From positions 86,269 through 150,268 of IMG/VR virus record IMGVR_UViG_3300024999_000038: DNA of 64,000 nucleotides, one strand, 5' to 3'. Under the pieces are notes generated by a model. It worked only from the letters and a program-made list of their open reading frames with translations, was not told the DNA's origin and made no database searches. The position numbers were made by a program, and so were the translations under genes. The first letter of the stretch is position 1, and the number at the start of each line of letters is the position of its first letter. This document shows, piece after piece, positions 54,217 to 64,000 of the stretch. Source of the DNA: a virus.

Positions 54217-54911
54217 GTGAAAATATGAACGAAGAAATTATGAATATCTATAAAAGTCTATTACAAGACATGTATAAGATAAACCCAAATATAGTGATTA
54301 CTGGAAGTGTAGCAACTGTGTTATATTTGAATAATATCCATCGTATTTGTAATGATATTGATATCCATTTTGCTGATGATTACTCTATTGTAAGACTAAT
54401 TAATCAAATAAATTATACCAATGCGAAATATGAAATAATTGATTATTCAGTAGGTGATAATAATATAAGCATAAAATTGAAAAAGAATTCAGGACATCAA
54501 ATTACATTAGACATTTACAATAACTCGCTTATAGATCATCAAGAAGTAAATGGAATGAAGTTAATTAAACTAGAAAAGTTAATAGTTAACAAATTAATCA
54601 ATTGTGTTACTATTAAAAATTCTACAAATCCGAGAATTAAAGATTTATATGATTTGCAATTTTTGTTAAGGTTGAAGTATGGTTATAATTTAATATTTTA
54701 CTATTTATGCCGAGAGTTATTAGAAATATATAAAATTGATAAGTTGTTTAATAATGTTATCAATGAGCTATGTATTGGTGATTTTTATGAAGATATTTTT
54801 AACAAATATAAAGCAAATAATTACACAACTGAAGATTTAAAACTTAAAGAAATAAAAGATATGATTATTCAGTTAAAAGACCAATTTCATTCGGAAGGAG
54901 TAAAACAATGA
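54213..54911 (+). CDS. Pol-beta-superfamily nucleotidyltransferase (AbiEii-like)
   Basis: ITGSVA, RICNDIDI, LDI, NKL, RIKDLYDL; 4-bp overlap with the upstream gene. Confidence 0.75.
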   Translation: MSENMNEEIMNIYKSLLQDMYKINPNIVITGSVATVLYLNNIHRICNDIDIHFADDYSIVRLINQINYTNAKYEIIDYSVGDNNISIKLKKNSGHQITLDIYNNSLIDHQEVNGMKLIKLEKLIVNKLINCVTIKNSTNPRIKDLYDLQFLLRLKYGYNLIFYYLCRELLEIYKIDKLFNNVINELCIGDFYEDIFNKYKANNYTTEDLKLKEIKDMIIQLKDQFHSEGVKQ

Positions 54912-55370
54912 AAATCATTTGTAAAGTATGTGATGAAGTGATTGAATATGAAGTAAATGCACCAGGAGAAATTATTGAATGTTCAGTTTGTTGCACGAAT
55001 AATATACTCCCTGATATTAATAATTATGGTAATCTTCAAAAGTCTATTATTTATCAATATCATTTTTACAAAAATAGATTAGAAGAATATGAAAAAGCAA
55101 TGAATAAAACACATAGGAATTTCAGCAGAACTGTTGCTAACAGAGAAATAAATATTTACAGGCAAATTTATTCTTGGTTGGATACAATTATGGACGAAAA
55201 CAATTTTGACAAGACACCAGATTATTGGAGTGAAAATTGTGGTAGAAGTATAGATTTGCCTACTTATTGCCAGACGCATAAGAGAATATGTACTGGTTGT
55301 GGAGATTGTTAACCCAAGGAAAGGACTATTTCATCTACTCCAAAAATAAAATACAAAGGAGATTATATAA

Positions 55371-56306
55371 ATGAAAGTAAAATTGTTCAGTCACAGTGAC
55401 AAAGATGGCATTGGTTGTGGTATTTTAGGAAAACAAGCATTCTCAAATATTGATATTGAATACTGCGACTATGACAATATAAATGATAAAATTAAACAAT
55501 ACATACTAACAGAAGAATATAAAAATTATGACACAACATTTATTACAGATATTTCCGTTAATGAAGAAGTAGCTGAATTAGTCAATAATATTCAATCTTT
55601 AATTAGTGAAGTTATTTTATTAGATCATCATAAAACAGCAGAATTCCTTAATAAATATGATTGGTGCAAAGTGGTAGAAAGTATAAATGGAGAAAAGACT
55701 TGTGGAACATCTTTATTTTATTATTATCTAATGGAACAAGGATTCTTGAAAAATTCAAGAGCATGGAAATGGGATGGATGTTCTAACTTATTTTCTTTTG
55801 TTGAATCAGTTAGAAAATATGATACATATCTTTGGAAAACTTTATACAATGAAATTGAACCAAAAATGTGGAATGATTTACTTTACATAATGGGTAGAGA
55901 TAATTTTATCGAAAAGATTATGGATATAGTTGGATTCCAACATGAATTTAAACTTGATGAATTTGATTTAAAATTGCTAGAATACAAACAAAGAGAAATT
56001 GACCATTACATAGATTCAAAAGACAAATCAATCATTGTTAAAGAAATTCAAGGTTATGAAACAGGAATAGTATTTGCAGAGAGATATGTTTCAGAATTGG
56101 GTAATAAGTTATCGGAATTACATCCTGAATTAGATTTTATTGTTATGATAAATCCATCGCATTCAGTTAGTTATAGAACAATTAAAAATAATATTGATTT
56201 AGGTGTAATAGCAGGCATATATGGAGGTGGAGGGCATCCTCAAGCTTCAGGAAGTCCAATAGATGAAAATATGAGAAATAAGATTATAGATTTAGTATTT
56301 GCGTAA
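55371..56306 (+). CDS. DHH/DHHA1 phosphoesterase (NrnA/NrnB-like)
   Basis: HSDKDG, ITDI, LDHHKT, SYR, GGGGHPQASG. Confidence 0.9.
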   Translation: MKVKLFSHSDKDGIGCGILGKQAFSNIDIEYCDYDNINDKIKQYILTEEYKNYDTTFITDISVNEEVAELVNNIQSLISEVILLDHHKTAEFLNKYDWCKVVESINGEKTCGTSLFYYYLMEQGFLKNSRAWKWDGCSNLFSFVESVRKYDTYLWKTLYNEIEPKMWNDLLYIMGRDNFIEKIMDIVGFQHEFKLDEFDLKLLEYKQREIDHYIDSKDKSIIVKEIQGYETGIVFAERYVSELGNKLSELHPELDFIVMINPSHSVSYRTIKNNIDLGVIAGIYGGGGHPQASGSPIDENMRNKIIDLVFA

Positions 56307-59258
56307 GAAAGGAGAAAATATAAGTAATGAAATATACAATTGGTCAAATGGTATCTGTTCCAAAATACAATGTGCAATATGGAGAAATTACAGGTATTCA
56401 TATATACAATAGAGAAAAGGGAGATTCAGTAAATTCTATTGATTATGATATTAGTTTTTATTCAGATGGATGTTTGTTTAGAGAATCATATAGTGAAGAA
56501 CATATTGAAGAAATTTAGAAAGAAGGATGAATTAACAATGAGTAACAATAAAAAAGAAATATCAATTGATCGTGTAAAACAAATTACTCAAGAAGAATTA
56601 CAAAAATATATACAAGGTAATTTCTCAGAAGAAAGTTTAAGAAAAATGATTCAAGGACAATTAGAGAATTCTGGGAGAGAAATTGTTTTTAAAGAACTAG
56701 GATTAAAATATGATAGATGGGATCATAATTGGAATTTAGATTCATCTGGAGCAATTACAAATATGATTAAAAACAATTCACATATTAGAGACGTTGGGAA
56801 AGAAGTAATCCAAGAAATCATTAAACTAGTAACCCCTGAAGATATTTTAGGGTTACTAAATAAAAATAATATTCAATCATTGAAGAAAATATATAGAGAA
56901 ACTTTGATGAGTTATTTTGAAAAAGAAGTTAGAAATTCAGCTATACAACATGGAACCGATCAAGCAGAAAAATTATTTAAGAAATATTTATATGAAAGAG
57001 TAGATGAACAAATTCAGGCAGATGAAATTTAACATTTATGGGAAAGGAAGATAAAAAATATGGAATTTATCAAAGTAAGAGCAAAAGAAGGATTTACTCT
57101 ATTCAATAAAAAGGAAGAAATTTTAGCCAAGATAGAAGAGGGAGAGGTTTTTCGTGCTAGGTTATCTAATATCTCTGATGAATATTTTGCAAAAGACTCT
57201 AAAGGTAGAGAATTTTATGTTGGAGAGTTGGATTTTGATAGCAACCTAAAATTAGATGATTGTTTTGAATTAACTAATGTAATCAATATAAAATAAAATA
57301 GTTCTTACTCAATTATATGAATAGCAAATAGGTCGCCAGACAGAAAGATAGAAAGGGAGTTAGATAAATATGATATTAAAAATTATGTCAAAAGAAGGTC
57401 AATCGAACTATACATCTGCGGAGGAGTTTACAACTCATAAAGCAATTGTTAAAGGCATATATGATGATTTTCAATCTAAATATGAGAAATCTGAGATCAT
57501 GTATTATAATGACAAACACAATCTTATGGTTAGGAAAATCCAAGAGCTTACAGGAATTGACAATCAGATAATAGACTTTAAAATCAACTGTGAATTTGAA
57601 GAATTAGACTTGATTTGTTGTATATATCCAAGAACTAAAAGTAAAGAACACAATATAATTGTAACAAATCAAATGACATTTCTTATGAGTGATGATGGAA
57701 AAACCATAGAAAGGTTAATATAGGTGATTGAAATGGATGAAGTTTTATTCATGGGAATGAATCTGCCAAATGAAATTGATAAGTTTCTTAATGAGAAAGA
57801 ATTGCTTATTACTAATGGTATGAGTGGTGCTGAATTAAAGTCATATAGGTTAGGAGTTAAAAATACATTGTCTGCACTATCCTCAATTATAAATGGTTTT
57901 GATGATTATTTAGTAGTACATACGGACAATGAAAAATATACCTGCGAAATGAATATAAAAGACTTACAGAAAATGTTTAATAATATCTAAATAATAAAGT
58001 GGTTTGGCGACTTATTTATTATTTGTATAATTGAGTAAAGTTTTACGATAAGCTTATGGTTTGAAAGGACTTGATTATTAATGTTTAAAATTGACGGAGT
58101 TGAATATACAGAAATGGATGGTTATTTATATAAGAAGGAATGTGAAGTTTTAAAAAGTAAAATAGAAAATTTAAGACTTGCTCTAGAATGTTTAAAAGAT
58201 GAATATATTCAGTATGTAGATAATGCTTGTCATTGTGATGAATATGGTGAAAATGAAGAATGTGCTTATTGTTTTACTAAAAGAATCTTAAAGGAAACTA
58301 AATAAAAGGGGAAATAAATAATGGTTGAACAAGATATGATAATTTTTAGGCATGTAATGCCATATGATAAAATTTTAAATAATAAAGATGCTTTATATGA
58401 TAAAGACGTTGATGAAGTATATGCCTCTGCTAGATATTTAGCTTTAAGAGAGTTAAACAAACATGGATTTAGAGTATTGCAATTCATAGTTACCGAAGAT
58501 AGTCTTGTAACTGGAGAATGGGTTTTAGTAGAAAAATTAAAATGAAAATAAAGGAGATGTAATATTATGACTTGTATAGAATGTGAATTTTACTCAGAGG
58601 ATGATTTAACAGGATTGTCTCCACAAGAGAAATTAGATCATGTAAGTAGTCACTGTATAGATTCTAATAATCCAGATTTCAATGAATGGGCAAGAGAATT
58701 TGGCAGAGGCGTTACTAAAGAGGAATCATTATCACATCCTAAGTGGTGTGGTAAAATTGATAATCCTGAGAAGACAGAGGAGTATTATACTAAGGAAGAA
58801 ATTAGTGAGGCAGTTAAAGAAGCAAAAGAACATCGTAAGTTCGCTATAAAGTCATATTCTTTATCCATAAATGATATGGCGATTGGAGGAACAATGTATC
58901 CAATTTATACAATAATTAGAGCATTGCAACGCTATGAAAAATAGTATTTTGGTATCGTTGGTTCTTTAGATGGAAAAACCACAGCTAAAGAAATCGTAGA
59001 AGAAATGATTAAAAGCAAATAAAAAATATTTGAAATAAAAGGAGTATTTTTAATTTAAGAAAGGAGGTGTTTATATGGACGCATTTAAATTCATTAACAT
59101 CACTAGAAAATATAAGAAATGTCCAGATTGTGGGAGTAGTTGGAAAGATACAAAATTACAAGTCAGTGTAAAAGATGAAATTGTAACAATTAGTTGTGAA
59201 TGTGGTTTCTTAAAATTGGTTGATGAAAATAATAAAGAGATTAAAGGAGGAGAATAGA

Positions 59259-60320
59259 ATTAACAGTACAATATTTTTACCAAAAACTATTAAAGTAGGC
59301 TATCAAAATCGCTCAGATACATATACTGGTCAACTTGCGTATATTATTTATTATGATCAAAAGAATATATTAAGAAAAAGTAAATCATGGGAAAGTTGGA
59401 GAGATGATAAAATTCTACCACAAGAATTTGCCAATGAACCCACTAGTGGATTTGTATTAAATAAAAAAGTAGGCGACTACTCAAACGGTTGGGATCATCG
59501 AAAATCATATTGTAGAGTATTCGACCCTCGTAATTTTGAGTTCGAGATCACAATAGAGAATTTACTCTATATTCTTGAAAATGCTAGTTCAATTAAAGGA
59601 AAAGGGCTAGAGGGAGAATTCGTGTACGGTTGGTCTGGGTCAGATATAATTTTAATGCCAGTTGATTCACCTGATTATGCTGAATTATCAAAATTAAATG
59701 ATCTAAGACACGAAAGAAAGAAATTTGACGGTAAAACTTTAATATTTGGTGGTACATATAAATCAAATTCCAATAATGAATTAATTTATTTGGGTAGATT
59801 CTATGAAAATAATGATGATGGCAAAGAATCAAAAACTTATTTTTTCTATGATAGAAAGTCAAGTTATAGGAAAATAAATTCTATAAAATCTTTATCAGGA
59901 AGTATAATTGATGTTATTGATGAAAATTGTGTAGAAGATTATGCTGATTTGATGGATGAATTATTAAAAGACAGTAAATATTCATCAAGAGAACCTAAGA
60001 ACGACACCTATTTAGATTATACATTAGAAGATTTTAAGAAATTGCTAGAAAAGAATTCTTATTGGCATAATAAATGCTATGTTGAAATTGATAAAAAATA
60101 TTTAAGATATTACATCGAAAGACAAAGAAACTATTATCATTATTCATATTCTAATTATGACAGAAGAAATGAAACTTATAATGTTTATACTACTACCAAG
60201 GGGAGAAAAGATGAAATATTCATGAAAGAAGCGTCTCCAGAACATGTTTTTAATACAATTAAACCAAAATATTTAGTAACATACAATCAAAATAAAGAAT
60301 TAATTAAGGAGTGGAAATAA
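59259..60320 (+). CDS. Large hypothetical phage protein; probable ATT start
   Basis: GGAGG 8 nt before ATT 59259; IKVGYQ.R.DTYTG.LAYIIYYD and RVFDPRNFEFEITIENLL motifs. Confidence 0.6.
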   Translation: MNSTIFLPKTIKVGYQNRSDTYTGQLAYIIYYDQKNILRKSKSWESWRDDKILPQEFANEPTSGFVLNKKVGDYSNGWDHRKSYCRVFDPRNFEFEITIENLLYILENASSIKGKGLEGEFVYGWSGSDIILMPVDSPDYAELSKLNDLRHERKKFDGKTLIFGGTYKSNSNNELIYLGRFYENNDDGKESKTYFFYDRKSSYRKINSIKSLSGSIIDVIDENCVEDYADLMDELLKDSKYSSREPKNDTYLDYTLEDFKKLLEKNSYWHNKCYVEIDKKYLRYYIERQRNYYHYSYSNYDRRNETYNVYTTTKGRKDEIFMKEASPEHVFNTIKPKYLVTYNQNKELIKEWK

Positions 60321-60736
60321 AAATGGCAAACGAAACAAACGATTCAAAGATTATGATATTAAAGAAGCAAATTGAGGACAAGAAAGCAAAATTAATTAAA
60401 TCTCAAAAGTTTTCTCCTATTACAAATAGTTCAATTGAGTTAGATGGGGTAAGAACTAATATCCAAGTTCTAAATAAGGAACAACTAACTTATCTATTAG
60501 TAAAACTCAACTCATATGCACTTTCTGCAAAAGATTTAGAAATTGATTTTATTATCTCTGGTTATTATATTGCGGATTGGATTACAGATATTAAATCTAA
60601 GCTTGATTTTGTAAGTCGCAAAGAAGAAGAAAATAAACTTAAAATAATGGAGTCTAAATTACATCAATTACTTTCAAATGAGAAGAAGGTAGAGCTTGAA
60701 ATTGATGAGATTATGAAGAATTTGTAATAGTTAATA

Positions 60737-60764
60737 GAGGGAGGGTGTTAATTCATCCTCCTTC
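60737..60764 (+). terminator. Hairpin with TTAATT loop
   Basis: GAGGGAGGGTG-TTAATT-CATCCTCCTTC after the stop at 60727. Confidence 0.6.
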
Positions 60765-63700
60765 GAAAGATACATTTTAAGTTATGAAAGGAGAAATTAT
60801 GGGTTGGTGTAAGAGAGACAAACGTAAATGCATAGGAGAAATTTGTAGTATGCGTCCACAACCAAAAGAATCAGAGACATATGAAGACTGTCCTGAGTTT
60901 ATTATTAGGGGGCAGAGAAGTAAATTGAATTTGTACTACGATGATTTTGGCTATAATGCTGAAGAAATTAATAAGGTTCTGGAAGTATGTATTAATAAAA
61001 AGGAGATTAAATAATGAAAGAATTTAATGACTACTTACTAAAATTTAAAATAACTAATGATAAACTTAAAATGGAAATAAGTCTAAAGGATTTGGTATGG
61101 TTATTTCATAATAGTCCTGAAAATATAGCTGATGATGGAGAAAGTCCATTTGCAAAAGTAAAACGTGGTAAAAGACAAGAGTTCGCAGAATATTTTGTAA
61201 AAACACTTATGGAAGATGCTCCATATGAAAGAGACTGTTTCAGATGGGGAGAGCCATTTGAAGATGCTTTTAGAGAAATTACTGAAAGTGGAGTAGATTT
61301 TTGTAAATATGAGGATGATTAGGGAGGTATAATATGCTAGTAGAAATTTATAGAGGTGTAGTACTAAAAGGTTATTCTATTTTATCAAGACGTAAACATT
61401 GGTATAGTAAAATTGAAAAAGAAAGAAGACAAATTAAACTCAATACTGGAATACACACAATTTGCGATGAAGAAGAAATTGAATTAAATGTTGATAGATT
61501 ACTTAAAGAAGTTATGGAAGATTCAGGTTGGGGTGAAAATTTTGAAGGATGGTCTGATTACGAATGGAAGTGGGATTTAAGGGTTGTTTATATTAAAGAC
61601 TTGAAAATGAACGAAATTATTGAAAAATTAACTGGTGAACAATTTAAAAATGAATTTGGGTTTATTAAGCCCTATTAAATTGAATATTCTAATGGATTGA
61701 AAAGAAAGGAGAAACATAAATTGATTTGTAAAGAATGTAAAAACAAACCTATAGCAAGAGGAATTAAATTCGTAAAATGTTTTAGATGTGATGAGAATAC
61801 AACAGTAAATAGTTTTCATAAAAATATTTGTAATGATTGTTCAGATAAGTATCAAGTATGTCAATATTGTGGCAATAAGATTGAGCAACATCAAATCTGA
61901 CTTTTAATTGATAATGAAAGGAGTAAAATATAAATGAATATTAATAACTTCAACTCACTATTACAACATATGGAAACCAAATTTCCAATCAATGAATGCA
62001 CAAATAAATACAACCAAGATGCAATTTATGAAGGAAACAACTACTATTTGTGCATGATAATTGATAAAAGATTTAAAGATGAAATCACTTTAAAAATTTT
62101 AAAGCCATATATTTGGGTAGGAAATGAGTCAAAAGATATTAGACTAAGAAAAGATTTTAAAGACTATGTAGGATGTGCTTGGATAAGTAAAAATAATAAA
62201 TATTATGTTGATAATTTTGAAAATCCAGTACATGATGAAGATGAAATAGTAATTGGATTTGTTAGATACAAGAATATTTCAGATGATAAAATTTGGGATG
62301 AATTATGATTACGAAGGATGATTTTAAGATGTGGTTAAACTTGCAATTTTTCAAAATATAGCGTATACTTAACTACAAATAAAGAAATAATATCACCATA
62401 AACTAAGAAAGGGTGATATTATGAGAAGATTACTAAACGGTTACATCAATACATTTTATGTTCTAGGAAATAAAACAGGTAAGGCATTTGTCAATCACAA
62501 TATCAAAAGTTCAATATTAATTACTGATCCAATGAGAGCAAAGAAATTTAATTCTATGAGTGAAGCATCTGATTATTATAATAAATGTAGAAATAATTAT
62601 GATGGCGAGTTATTTGTTCATCAGATTAGAGTGACTGTTGAATTAATTTAGATTTTTGTTTAAGGTGTAGTATAATTGTAAAATAAATATATTACACCTT
62701 ATTTTTGAAAGGTGAGGAAATAGATATGTGAATATTGTAATGGTAAGAAAGTTTTATTGGAAGGTAATGATGGATATGGATTTTTTATAAAAAACAGTAC
62801 AATTATTATTGTTGAGCAAGCAAACGATGGTGCTTTTATTCTTGATAATATTTTTATAGATTATTGCCCAAAATGCGGAAGAAACTTATTTGAAATATAA
62901 TACTTTAAAAAATCTGATTTATAGGAGAAAGGAATGATTATTATGTTCAAGAATTATAAAATTGTCAAAACAGAACCAAATATAAATATGATGAAAGAAA
63001 ACTCTTCTAAAATACTTACACATATTATTGTTGCTTATAATGAGTGTAATTCACCTGATAAATTTAATGATATGACAAACGAAATAATTAACATATTAGA
63101 AAGTCATTTTGAGTATGGATTTATGCAAGGTTATAAAGAATTTGGGAGGGAAGTTGAATAATGAATACATATAAAATTGGAGAAGAAATTGGATTTTCTC
63201 AAGACTTTGAGATTGAATCAGCTTTAAGTAGAAACAAAGTAACTGTAAAAGTAGGAGATAAGGGTTTTATAGATAGCAAAGGTAATGTTCATTATACTAC
63301 TGGTCAGGCTTGTGGCATAATTCAAAGAATAGGTAAAGAAATTGAGATGGAAGATTATGATTATCATAGTATCGCTAAAATGTTATGGAATAGATTGAAA
63401 AGTCAGTTTGAAATTGAAGAGTTTCTTGGAGATTATGATGTTAACGAAAAAGATGTTCTTGAAGAATTAGAAGAAGTTTTGAGTGATATTTTGTAAGAAA
63501 GAAGGATAATTAATAATGAAACAATTCAAAGTAAAAGCAACCAGAACAGACGAATACATTATTGAAATTGATGAAAATGAATTAAATGAGAAATGGATGG
63601 AAGATTTTAGACAGGCGTTCTTTGACTTTCACACTTACGAAGAACATGCAGAACAAATTGCAATGATGAGAGCAAGATTTGGCGAAGGTTTTATTGAGGG

Positions 63701-64000
63701 ATATGGAAATATTTTAGTTGATGGAAATAAACCTTGGTATATTACTGATGAAAAACAAGTAAATAAAGCAATTAATATTAAAATAGTTAGCGAAGATAAT
63801 GATAGAGAAATTGAAGTGGAGGAAATTAAATAATGGAAAATTATTATGAAGTAACCAAACAATCATCATTACACAAAGAATATATGGATTATATAGTAAG
63901 TGATAAAATAATGAGGGAAATTTCCCATGAGTTTTTATCTAACAATAATATTAACACAAAAGAATATGCTTCAACTAAAGATACTTTTTATATTATTCCA

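Larger units (their letters stand above)
2770..61906. repeat. Dispersed 16-bp degenerate palindrome YRAAW-N6-WTTYA at gene junctions
   Basis: Examples: 3873 TAAAAcccagaTTTTA, 10303 TAAAAtagataTTTTA, 46454 TGAAAtcaggaTTTTA, 52841 TAAAAtatcgaTTTTA, 60764 CGAAAgatacaTTTTA, 2770 TGAAAgtcaatTTTCA. Confidence 0.55.
1..64000 (+). mobile_element. Segment of a large SPbeta-like temperate phage/prophage of a spore-forming Firmicute (early/accessory and lysogeny-control region)
   Basis: Co-directional array of small hypothetical ORFs; YopX, YopQ-like, YopR-like, ATP ligase, TK, C5-MTase and homing endonucleases; AGGAGG RBS and TTGACA/TATAAT promoters; SpoVT and Agr homologs point to a clostridial-type host; no housekeeping operons. 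Confidence 0.88.

Noticed and set aside
54213-54911. Complete AbiE type IV toxin-antitoxin system
   Set aside because: No AbiEi-like antitoxin is adjacent; the upstream gene is the radical-SAM-like protein
533-63862. Numerous 60-140 aa minus-strand ORFs in the track (e.g. 22476-22832, 34638-35057, 49373-49726)
   Set aside because: They lie antisense to well-supported + strand genes, have Ser/Leu/Ile/Phe-rich shadow composition and lack RBSs
1-64000. CRISPR array, tRNA or rRNA genes
   Set aside because: No regularly spaced direct repeats, cloverleaf-compatible sequences or rRNA-like segments noticed by eye; tRNAscan-SE would be needed to exclude a tRNA fully
1-64000. Alternative genetic code (stop-codon reassignment) as the cause of the many short ORFs
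   Set aside because: Recognisable enzymes are full length under the standard code, all three stop codons end genes, and the short ORFs have their own RBSs

Overview
This AT-rich 64-kb window is almost entirely + strand and is packed with many short genes that have Firmicutes-type Shine-Dalgarno sites and sigmaA-like promoters. It has no virion, rRNA, tRNA or CRISPR features. It reads as the early/accessory and lysogeny-control region of a large SPbeta-like temperate phage of a spore-forming (probably clostridial) host. Support: YopX, YopQ-like, YopR-like, XRE and 3D-domain genes, ATP-dependent ligase, thymidine kinase, C5 methyltransferase, UvsE, full-length SpoVT and homing endonucleases. 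The main candidate new system is at about 28.0-38.7 kb. Upstream of the yopQ/yopR-like (sroE/sroF) repressor pair, where SPbeta carries the arbitrium aimR-aimP-aimX cassette, this phage has an Agr-type peptide module instead. The module contains an unannotated 38-aa AgrD-like propeptide (31710-31826, predicted Ser-lactone ring SMFFS), AgrB, two paralogous kinase-less membrane proteins with acidic tails, DUF5317 and two orphan MazF/PemK proteins (one fused to an XRE-like HTH). A LexA-boxed gene follows. No AgrA or histidine kinase is present. I infer a cyclic-peptide, MazF-coupled lysis/lysogeny communication system. Other notable signals: a 5-6-5 palindrome at many gene junctions, four times preceded by a 23-bp element at a fixed distance; UACAU sites between SD and AUG; a ligase-macrodomain-PARP trio; an apparently circularly permuted radical SAM protein flanked by MazG and a nucleotidyltransferase; ATA/ATT start codons; and a lone minus-strand hydrophobic peptide. 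All homology calls come from motif recognition by eye, not database searches.
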